From Promethearchaeati archaeon (GTDB lineage Archaea; Asgardarchaeota; Heimdallarchaeia; JABLTI01), in the NCBI GenBank assembly GCA_013166835.1, contig JABLTI010000063.1, positions 1 to 16,281 on the forward strand: a DNA stretch of 16,281 nucleotides, in the 5' to 3' direction. Positions 1 to 7,424 of this stretch are shown here, one piece after another; within the stretch, counting starts at the first letter, position 1; each line of letters starts with the position of its first letter. The notes beneath the pieces were generated by a model. It saw only the letters and a program-made list of their open reading frames with translations, had not been told where the DNA came from and made no database searches. The position numbers and the translations under genes were made by a program.

Positions 1-513
1 CGTTTAGGATGTAGCTACATTCTGAATAAAGCAAATGAAATCTACAGTTCGCTCATAAAACTCGCACAATCAATGGCTGATGATGAGAAGTCAAAAAAAG
101 AAACTTCTAAACTGGACAAGTCAAAAGGGATTATCTTCAAACAACAAATTTCTGCATTGAATTGGTTAACTTGGATGACAGAAATAAGTATGTTGGATGA
201 TGTTTTTGCATCTACTTCTTTTGAGTGGTTACAAAAGTTCGATGAATGGGGATTAATTGTCTCCAAAGTAGCAGATACTGAAGATTATCTCACAATGATA
301 GAATTAATAGAAGAATCATATGAATATGCAGCTCGATTAATTGAACTATCATATGAATTAATTATGAAGATATCATTTGTAAAAATTGACTTGGTAGAGA
401 AACAACAATCACTTCTAAATGTTGAAAAAATAATTACCATCGCTGGAGTACAATTCGAAGATTATATGTTTATATGCAGACAATTCCTTGACATTGTTAA
501 AGAAGGAGAATAA
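1..513 (+). CDS. Hypothetical alpha-helical protein, 5'-truncated by the window edge
   Basis: The ORF track gives 73..513, but the same frame is open from base 1 (RLGCSYILNKANEIYSSLIKLAQS then MADD), so the true start is probably upstream of the window. Ends TAA at 511-513. No recognisable motif. Confidence 0.75.
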   Translation, partial: RLGCSYILNKANEIYSSLIKLAQSMADDEKSKKETSKLDKSKGIIFKQQISALNWLTWMTEISMLDDVFASTSFEWLQKFDEWGLIVSKVADTEDYLTMIELIEESYEYAARLIELSYELIMKISFVKIDLVEKQQSLLNVEKIITIAGVQFEDYMFICRQFLDIVKEGE

Positions 514-516
514 AAA

Positions 517-1470
517 TCATATTTTTTTTACTACTCTAGTTCCACTTTTATCATCTAAAGCAGCTATTGCATTTTCAGGTGAAGTAATAATTGAGAGTCT
601 CCCACCACATTCGATGAATTGTATTGCAGATTCTACTTTCGGTCCCATACTACCCTTTGCGAAATGACCATTATCAAACATTTTCTTTAATTTTGAAATT
701 TCGATTTTTTCTATTTTTTGCTGATTTTCTTTCCCATAATTAAGATATGCGTTTGAGACATCCGTTAAAAGCATCAAAATATCAGCATCAATTTGGGTTG
801 CTAATACTTCTGTGGCTCTATCTTTATCAATAACTGCATCAACATCAACATAAGTTCCATTCTCTTGAGCAACAGGAATTCCCCCTCCTCCTACTGCAAT
901 AACTATATCCCCTTCCTCTACACACCGTCTAATAGTAGACCCTTCAAGAATTTCTAAAGGAATAGGAGATGGAACAACTTTTCTAAAACCTCGACCTGCA
1001 TCATTTATGTAAGTGTCTTTAGTTTCCTTATGAAGCTTGATTGCTTCTTCTTCTGAATAAAATGGACCAATAGGTTTTGTTGGTTCCTTAAAAGCTGAAT
1101 CCTTGTGGTTAACAACTGCACGAGTAATAATAGCTACTACTCTTTTATCATGAATATCATGCTCGTATAATCGTTCTTCTAGAGCAGTTTGAATCATGAA
1201 ACCAATTTGTCCTTGTGACATAGCCCCACATATACTAAGAGGTTGTTCAGGTATCCCTTCGGTTACACCTGATTTTTGTTGAACAAGAATATTGCCAACT
1301 TGAGGACCATTTCCATGTGTAAGAATAACTCCAAAGCCTTTTTTAATTACGTTAATTATGACATCAGTCGCTTTTCTAAGATTTTCCATTTGCTGTTCGT
1401 AGGTCTTAGGTTGACCTTTTTGGAGGATCATATTTCCTCCTAGAGCAATGGCAATCAAATCCTTCGTCAT
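517..1470 (-). CDS. arcC: Carbamate kinase
   Basis: 317 aa with the amino-acid-kinase/carbamate kinase motifs IALGGN, THGNGPQVG, AMSQGQIG, PTKPIGPFY, RKVVPSP, GGGGIPV, AVIDKD, LTDV and GSMGPKV. Confidence 0.96.
   Translation of the reverse strand: MTKDLIAIALGGNMILQKGQPKTYEQQMENLRKATDVIINVIKKGFGVILTHGNGPQVGNILVQQKSGVTEGIPEQPLSICGAMSQGQIGFMIQTALEERLYEHDIHDKRVVAIITRAVVNHKDSAFKEPTKPIGPFYSEEEAIKLHKETKDTYINDAGRGFRKVVPSPIPLEILEGSTIRRCVEEGDIVIAVGGGGIPVAQENGTYVDVDAVIDKDRATEVLATQIDADILMLLTDVSNAYLNYGKENQQKIEKIEISKLKKMFDNGHFAKGSMGPKVESAIQFIECGGRLSIITSPENAIAALDDKSGTRVVKKI
522..529 (+). terminator. Candidate oligo-T (T8) terminator for the + strand hypothetical gene, lying inside the 3' end of arcC
   Basis: T8 tract 9 nt after the TAA at 513. 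The convergent genes are only 3 bp apart, and archaeal termination uses oligo-T tracts. Confidence 0.35.
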
Positions 1471-1498
1471 AATTTTTCAATCCTATATTCATTAAATT

Positions 1499-1523
1499 TA
1501 GATAGTAAAGAGGTTATTATCTA
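1499..1523. promoter_or_regulatory. Imperfect inverted repeat, candidate operator in the divergent arcC/HEAT intergenic region
   Basis: TAGATAGTAA-agagg-TTATTATCTA: 10-bp arms, 1 mismatch, 5-nt spacer, about 30-50 bp upstream of the arcC start. Confidence 0.35.
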
Positions 1524-1648
1524 CCATATTATCTTAAAAATCTTCTCAAAAAAAAGAAATAATATACATAAATATACTCTATTGTAGTAAAAATACTAAA
1601 CGCTAATATAGGAAATCAGCAAATATACTAATTACCGAGGGGTAGTCA

Positions 1649-2488
1649 ATGGCTGATGTTAATATATTAATGAAACAGTTAGCTAATACCAACGAAAAAG
1701 AGGCAAAATGTGCAACCATTACTAAATTGGGAAATTTGTGTGATGATGCAGCAGTAAAGATTCTAGTGAGACATCTTAATCAGGAAGAAGATAATGAGAT
1801 TAAGAGTTATGCAGCGAGTGCTTTGATTAATATTAGTAGTAAAAAAGCAACACAGATGTTAGTTCGTTTACTCAGAAGCGAATCATGGATTACTAGAATG
1901 AAAGCAGTTGAAACGCTTGGGGAACTCGAAGATAAGAAAGCAACCTTAACTCTAATTAGGGTACTTCGAAATGATTCTGAATCAAGTGTAAGGGAGTGGG
2001 CAGCGATTTCTCTAGGAAAAATTGGGGATAAAAAAGCAGTGAAACCATTAGTGAGTGCTTTAACTAAAGATTCACACTTTGAAGTTCGTATGGAAGCAGC
2101 AAAAGCTTTAGGAAAAATTAAAGACAAGAAAGCTAAGGGAGCATTAATTCAAGCATTCTATTCTGATGCTGAATATCAAGTTAGTTGGGCTTCAGCATCC
2201 GCACTAGCAAATTTAAATGATAGTGAATCCAAGAAACTTCTAAAGAAGTTGACTAAGGAACTTGTTAAAATTTTAGAAAGCGAAAAGGATGAAACAATTC
2301 TAAGTGCAGCTGCGAAAACTCTTGGAGAAATTGGGAATGAAATAGCAGCAAAAATAATGCTGAAGACAATGAAAATAAGTAAAGAATTAGTTAGACTGGA
2401 AATCAATTTAGCTCTAGGAAAAATGGCTAAACGTCTAAATTATAAAGATAGAGAGGAATTTATCGAATATATTAAGCTGAAAAGCTAA
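1649..2488 (+). CDS. HEAT-repeat (PBS-lyase-like) protein
   Basis: 279 aa made of tandem ~31-aa repeats (TRMKAVETLGEL, VREWAAISLGKIG, VRMEAAKALGKI, VSWASASALANL, LSAAAKTLGEIG, VRLEINLALGKM). A Shine-Dalgarno-like GAGGGG lies just upstream of the ATG. Confidence 0.92.
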   Translation: MADVNILMKQLANTNEKEAKCATITKLGNLCDDAAVKILVRHLNQEEDNEIKSYAASALINISSKKATQMLVRLLRSESWITRMKAVETLGELEDKKATLTLIRVLRNDSESSVREWAAISLGKIGDKKAVKPLVSALTKDSHFEVRMEAAKALGKIKDKKAKGALIQAFYSDAEYQVSWASASALANLNDSESKKLLKKLTKELVKILESEKDETILSAAAKTLGEIGNEIAAKIMLKTMKISKELVRLEINLALGKMAKRLNYKDREEFIEYIKLKS

Positions 2489-2527
2489 AAGAATAGATGA
2501 ATTTTAAAGAAAAGACGAAAAAAGAGG

Positions 2528-2553
2528 TTTTTTTGTTCTAACAGAGTCTTTTT
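2528..2553 (+). terminator. Candidate T-rich terminator after the HEAT-repeat gene
   Basis: T7 tract at 2528-2534 and a T5 tract at 2549-2553, downstream of the stop at 2488. Confidence 0.3.
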
Positions 2554-2593
2554 AACTAGAAACTGAGAAACAATGTAAAAGAGTTGACAGTTA

Positions 2594-3616
2594 ATGGAAA
2601 TATCGAAAGTTTATTTCTACGATAACGTCTCAAACTTGAAAGCAGGTGTAAACAGTTTTTTCAAAATGATTGTTGATGAATGCCAAACAGAAGAAGCTGT
2701 TGGTATCAAGATTCATTTTGGTGAAAAGGAAAATGATACACATGTGAGTGCAAAACATTTGAGTGATGTCACTAAATTCTTCAAGAAACCAGTTTTTGTC
2801 GAATGTAATGTTCTCTATCGTGGTAATCGATTAAGAAAAGAGGATCATATTAAACAAGCACATGATCACGGATTTGATTTCATAGAAATCGATATTCTTG
2901 ATGGTGAAATGGGAGAAGATTACATTGAAATTGAAATCGATACAAAAAACACACAGAAAGCAAAAATAGGGAGAGGAATTAAGAATTATGATAACTTGAT
3001 TTCAATATCTCATTTTAAAGGTCACATAGTCGCTGGTTTTGGTGGAGCTCTAAAGAATGTTGGTATGGGATTAGGATCACGCGGGGGAAAACTAGACATT
3101 CATGCTGGAGTATCTCCGCAAATAGATACTGTTAATTGCATAGCATGTGGCTCGTGTGCGGAACAATGCCCTGCAGACGCAATTACTGTAGATGATTATG
3201 CAGTTATAGATCAAGAGATATGCATTGGCTGTGCTCAATGTATTGCAGTTTGTCCAGAAGGAGTTATTAAAATTCCTTGGGGAAATAGACCAGCAAATGA
3301 ATTCTTGGAAAAAATGGCAGAATATGCCCTTGCCTGTGTTCAGAACAAGAATTGGTGGTACATTAATTTCTTAACAGATATTACGATGAAATGTGATTGT
3401 GTGGGGACAAGGCAACAACCATTTATGGAAGATATCGGTATTTTGTTTTCAAAAGATCCGATTGCAATTGATAAAGCATCTATGGATCTAGTTATAGAAC
3501 GAAATAACGGAGTGGATCCATTTAAATCTCACAACAAGAACAGCAACTATATTCTGAAATATGGAGAAGAAATTGGTCTGGGAAGTATTAAGTATGATTT
3601 AGAAATGGTTAAATAA
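2594..3616 (+). CDS. DUF362-family Fe-S protein with an inserted 2[4Fe-4S] ferredoxin domain
   Basis: DUF362-type motifs IKIHFGE, LYRGNR, SHFKGH..AGFGGALKNVGMG.GSRGGK, xCDC and DIGILFSKDPIAIDKAS. Two CxxCxxCxxxCP motifs (CIACGSCAEQCP, CIGCAQCIAVCP). Confidence 0.9.
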   Translation: MEISKVYFYDNVSNLKAGVNSFFKMIVDECQTEEAVGIKIHFGEKENDTHVSAKHLSDVTKFFKKPVFVECNVLYRGNRLRKEDHIKQAHDHGFDFIEIDILDGEMGEDYIEIEIDTKNTQKAKIGRGIKNYDNLISISHFKGHIVAGFGGALKNVGMGLGSRGGKLDIHAGVSPQIDTVNCIACGSCAEQCPADAITVDDYAVIDQEICIGCAQCIAVCPEGVIKIPWGNRPANEFLEKMAEYALACVQNKNWWYINFLTDITMKCDCVGTRQQPFMEDIGILFSKDPIAIDKASMDLVIERNNGVDPFKSHNKNSNYILKYGEEIGLGSIKYDLEMVK

Positions 3617-3652
3617 CCGAACTTTCTCTTTTTTTGTGTTTGTTGAATCATA

Positions 3653-4618
3653 ATGAGTAAACTTGAAACGACTGCAAATAATAATTCTATTCCAGATAGA
3701 AATGATCGAATGATTAAAGTTAGGAATATAACAATCATAGGTCTTGTAATTAACGTATTATTAGCTGTATTCAAGATAACAATAAGTATCCGATCAGGAA
3801 GTTTATCGTTACTTGCCGATGGTTTAGATTCAGCTTTAGATATAGCAACAGTAATTTTTGGTTTTGTAGCAATTAGAATTGCTGTTCGTCCTGCTGATAA
3901 AGACCATCATTTTGGTCATGCTAAATTTGAGAATTTCTTTTCATTAGGCGTTGCACTACTTTTAGTCGCTTCTTCAGGCATCATTGGTTATCAAGCAATA
4001 ACTAAATTAATCAACAAAACTTCATCTATTTACGATCCATATAATCTAATTATTGCAGCTATTAGCATAGTTCTCAAGGGAGTACTTGTTTGGCTAAATG
4101 TTAGTGTCGGTAAAAAGATAAAATCACCTATACTTGTGGCAAATGGCAAGAATTTTAGAACTGATATTCTTACATCTATTGTAGTACTTGTCTCTGTATC
4201 CATTGGTCACCGCTCTATTGGTTCATTCTCACTTTACTGGGTGGATCCAACAATTGCAATTATTATTAGTATTATAATTATAATTACTGCAATAGGTATC
4301 ACAAGGGATTCAGCTGGTGTTTTACTAGATGAAAGTCCAGATGAAGAAACTATGTTGAAAATAGAAAAATACACAAAAGAACAAACGGGTGTAAAAGAGA
4401 TTGGAAATATCAGAGCAAGAAGTGTTGGAGCTAATATATTTCTCGTAGATATAGATATTTACCTTGACCCTACATTAACAATTAGTGAAGGACACGATAT
4501 AGCATGTATAGTTGAAGATGCACTTAAAGAAAAATTACCTATAAAATATATACAAGTTCATGTTGAACCATATCACACACATGAAGAAGAAGAAAAAAAT
4601 GAACACGAGGAAAAATAA
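3653..4618 (+). CDS. Cation diffusion facilitator (FieF/YiiP/MntE-like divalent metal efflux transporter)
   Basis: CDF signature SLSLLADGLDSALD, the PADKDHHFGHAKFE loop, six hydrophobic segments, and a C-terminal dimerisation domain (LTISEGHDIA, QVHVEP) with a His/Glu-rich tail. Confidence 0.95.
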   Translation: MSKLETTANNNSIPDRNDRMIKVRNITIIGLVINVLLAVFKITISIRSGSLSLLADGLDSALDIATVIFGFVAIRIAVRPADKDHHFGHAKFENFFSLGVALLLVASSGIIGYQAITKLINKTSSIYDPYNLIIAAISIVLKGVLVWLNVSVGKKIKSPILVANGKNFRTDILTSIVVLVSVSIGHRSIGSFSLYWVDPTIAIIISIIIIITAIGITRDSAGVLLDESPDEETMLKIEKYTKEQTGVKEIGNIRARSVGANIFLVDIDIYLDPTLTISEGHDIACIVEDALKEKLPIKYIQVHVEPYHTHEEEEKNEHEEK

Positions 4619-4905
4619 TGAAGGAAGAAGCAGAGAAAACTGAGAAAGAAGCTTTTCAATTTACCACAAAGCATTTTACCATAATCATTCCTGTGGTTCT
4701 GATAATATCTATCGGTATTTTAGTAGCTGCAATTTATATGTTCATTAATCCAGGTCTTGTTAGTGGGATTGTTTTTGGAGCGGTTATGTTAGTACTCTTT
4801 ATTGCTCCCCTAACATTTGCTATCATATTCTATTATAAGAAGGTCAAAGTCCCAAGCCAAGAAATCACCGAGAAGAAAAAAATTGAAATCCAAAGAGTAA
4901 ATTAA
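4618..4905 (+). CDS. Small hypothetical membrane protein (2 TM helices)
   Basis: 95 aa with two long hydrophobic segments and charged termini. Its ATG overlaps the CDF stop codon (TAATG at 4616-4620), which suggests translational coupling. Confidence 0.8.
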   Translation: MKEEAEKTEKEAFQFTTKHFTIIIPVVLIISIGILVAAIYMFINPGLVSGIVFGAVMLVLFIAPLTFAIIFYYKKVKVPSQEITEKKKIEIQRVN

Positions 4906-4953
4906 ACGAAAAAATAGTTAAAGATGAAATCCAAGCAAGTTATGGTTTAATTG

Positions 4954-4961
4954 TTTATATT
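4954..4961 (+). promoter_or_regulatory. Candidate TATA box for the phosphatase-superfamily gene
   Basis: TTTATATT about 45 bp upstream of the TTG start. Weak, because the background is AT-rich. Confidence 0.3.
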
Positions 4962-5002
4962 AAAAAATTATCAACAATTGCTATCAATAGGAATGGTTTG
5001 AA

Positions 5003-6832
5003 TTGCAAAAAAGAAAAGTAAATCTCCTTTTAGTCTGGTTTGTTGTCATTATAACATTACAACTTTCATTTGGAATTAGGGCTCTAACAACTCAATTTGA
5101 TTTGAATAACAAACACAATATTGCTAGTGAGTTAGAAGTAGTACCACAGATTGGTACTCCTGCAGCAATTACCGATCAAGTATTGATATTTTTCGTAGAT
5201 GGAATGCGATATGATAAAATGCTTGAAGCAAACACTCCCAATATGGATTCTCTAATGGCTAATGGAACAACTTTTTCGAATTATCAGGTAATTTTACCAA
5301 GTTATAGTAGAGTAAATTATGCGGCCTTCTCTACAGGCTCAAGTACAAATATGACAAATGTTTTTGCAAATGGTTATGACGATGAATTAGAAATACCAAC
5401 TCTTTACAGCTTAATTACAGGTAATGATTTGAATAAGAGTCTTATAACAGATGAAGGTGGATGGGCGAAATTCTTAGGAAAAGATTCTGATGTTGTAGTA
5501 TATCCTGATACAGTATCACATTCATTTCAAGAAGGATTGGTAGTGAAAGAAGCAGCACTTGCTACTATTCCTGGTAATTTTTCTAATATACAATTTATTG
5601 GATTTGATGATGTTGATGCTGCCGGTCATGATTTTGGAGCTGCTTCAAGTACTTACATACAGATGATCGAAAATACTGATAGCTATATAGGAGAAATTCT
5701 CGATTTATACAATTCACTTGGACAACTAAATAATACAACGATTGTGCTTTTCAGTGATCATGGACATGAGGATATTGGAGGACATGGAGGTGAAACTTCT
5801 GCTCAAATACATGGATCTTTTATTTTTGCTGGAAAAGGAGTTTCAAATAAGGGTTTAATGTCTGATAAATTAACGAAAATTAATTCAATCACTCCTACAC
5901 TCTTAACGATGCTTGGTATTTCTTTAGCTCCAACAATGAACGGTCCTGTGCTTTTTGATTTCATTGATAGTACCATTCAGACTAAAGCAATTTATGCAAT
6001 TCAACAAGCTGAGATCATGAATCAGCAGCTTGAAGCAACAATAAATGAATTTGGAATTATGTCCAATAAAGCTAAATTACCGTATATTACTGGCGCAGAA
6101 TTAGTAACTGATAATATAACGTTAGCAAAAGGAAACTATTCAATCACACAGTACATTTCTTCATACAATTTAGCACAAGAAGCAGAAGAATCAGCAAGAC
6201 TTTACTTAAGCTTGTTATTGAAACAATTAAAATCTATATCAGAATTGTTGAGGACATTACTAATTATTGGTATTGTAACTCTCGTTTCAGCTACGATATT
6301 TTATCTAAATCGTCGCAGAATAATTGAAGTAGCTCATCAAGAGGTTTTTTCAAAAGACCAATTGATACCACAATTGCTTGGAATGCTTTCTGCAATTTCA
6401 ATTTGTATAATCATTTCAGCAATCTTTGGATTCAAATTTGCAGCAACAAGCTTCAATAGTACAAATCAAACAGTTCCACCAATATTAACATCATTTTTTG
6501 TATCTGGTGCTTTACTAGTTTTTCTCCCATGGTTAGCAATTTATCTTCTAAAAAGCAAATCTAGTGAATTTACAACTTTCAAAGAATGGAAAAAATTATT
6601 CATAAAATCATCAATAGGTTCAATGTTTTTCATCTCGTTACCGATATTTGGATATATCTTGTATTATATCGCACAATTCGGACCATGGCCAAGCTGGATT
6701 ATACCACCATTAGCTGATACATATGCGTTTTGGATAATCGGAATAATGCCTTGTATATTGTATATTATTCCTCTAATTTTAATGCTCATCTTATGGAGAA
6801 GTGGAAAAAAGGATAAAGCAGCTATAGGTTAA
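5003..6832 (+). CDS. Membrane-anchored alkaline-phosphatase-superfamily enzyme (NPP / GPI ethanolamine-phosphate-transferase-like)
   Basis: TTG start (an in-frame TAG lies at 4988-4990) and an N-terminal hydrophobic helix. Metal-binding and catalytic motifs are FFVDGMRYD, LPSYSRVNY (Ser nucleophile position), DVDAAGH and FSDHGHEDIGGHGG, followed by about 5 C-terminal TM helices. Confidence 0.88.
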   Translation: MQKRKVNLLLVWFVVIITLQLSFGIRALTTQFDLNNKHNIASELEVVPQIGTPAAITDQVLIFFVDGMRYDKMLEANTPNMDSLMANGTTFSNYQVILPSYSRVNYAAFSTGSSTNMTNVFANGYDDELEIPTLYSLITGNDLNKSLITDEGGWAKFLGKDSDVVVYPDTVSHSFQEGLVVKEAALATIPGNFSNIQFIGFDDVDAAGHDFGAASSTYIQMIENTDSYIGEILDLYNSLGQLNNTTIVLFSDHGHEDIGGHGGETSAQIHGSFIFAGKGVSNKGLMSDKLTKINSITPTLLTMLGISLAPTMNGPVLFDFIDSTIQTKAIYAIQQAEIMNQQLEATINEFGIMSNKAKLPYITGAELVTDNITLAKGNYSITQYISSYNLAQEAEESARLYLSLLLKQLKSISELLRTLLIIGIVTLVSATIFYLNRRRIIEVAHQEVFSKDQLIPQLLGMLSAISICIIISAIFGFKFAATSFNSTNQTVPPILTSFFVSGALLVFLPWLAIYLLKSKSSEFTTFKEWKKLFIKSSIGSMFFISLPIFGYILYYIAQFGPWPSWIIPPLADTYAFWIIGIMPCILYIIPLILMLILWRSGKKDKAAIG

Positions 6833-6927
6833 ATTTGTTCATTAGAACCATTTCTTCTATTTATTGAGCAAAATTCTTTTTTATTTTCTTTCTTAATATT
6901 CTATAATCTATTTCTGGAGGATATGAG

Positions 6928-7350
6928 ATGGAAGAAAAAACTCTGTCAACAGATGAAGCTATTCTTGAGGAATTAAAACAAATTCGTGAACATCTAGTAC
7001 CTAAAGAAGAAGAGATAGTAGAAGCACCAAAAAAACGATTACAACGAATTAGAAATTTCGGGGATGAATTCATTGTCTTCATTCGTAAATACAAAGTCTT
7101 AGGACTTGCAGTTGCATTTATCATTGCAACATATGTTGGACTATTAGTACAATCACTTGTTGATGATATAATTATGCCTATATTTCAATATATTCCCGGC
7201 CTCAAGGATTTAGATAGTTTGGAAAGCTGGCAAGCAGGTCCATTTTTCATTGGAAGTTTCATTTCTGCAATAATTACATTTACAATAATTTCAATTGTTA
7301 TGTTTATAATTGTTAAAGCTGGCAACAAAATAGGACTTGAATCTGATTAA
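6928..7350 (+). CDS. mscL: Large-conductance mechanosensitive channel
   Basis: S1 helix EFIVFIRK, TM1 VLGLAVAFII..LVQSLVDDIIMPI and TM2 GSFISAIITFTIISIVMFIIVK match the MscL pattern. A GGAGG Shine-Dalgarno lies at 6916-6920. Confidence 0.92.
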   Translation: MEEKTLSTDEAILEELKQIREHLVPKEEEIVEAPKKRLQRIRNFGDEFIVFIRKYKVLGLAVAFIIATYVGLLVQSLVDDIIMPIFQYIPGLKDLDSLESWQAGPFFIGSFISAIITFTIISIVMFIIVKAGNKIGLESD

Positions 7351-7364
7351 TGTGATTCCGCTGC

Positions 7365-7386
7365 TTTCCTTTCTTTTATTTTTTTT
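7365..7386 (+). terminator. T-rich terminator after mscL
   Basis: TTTCCTTTCTTTTATTTTTTTT directly downstream of the mscL stop, in the gap between convergent genes. Confidence 0.5.
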
Positions 7387-7424
7387 AGAGTTTCTTTAAC
7401 AGGTCAAAAATTTAAAGATCCTTC

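Noticed and set aside
42-266. 74-aa minus-strand ORF
   Set aside because: Antisense shadow of the longer + strand ORF; no motif.
1807-2406. Minus-strand ORFs 1807..2127 and 2176..2406
   Set aside because: Lie entirely antisense to the HEAT-repeat gene; their composition is the mirror of its codons.
3547-3774. 75-aa minus-strand ORF
   Set aside because: Overlaps two well-supported + strand genes in antisense.
6861-7124. 87-aa minus-strand ORF
   Set aside because: Antisense to mscL, which has strong motif and RBS support.
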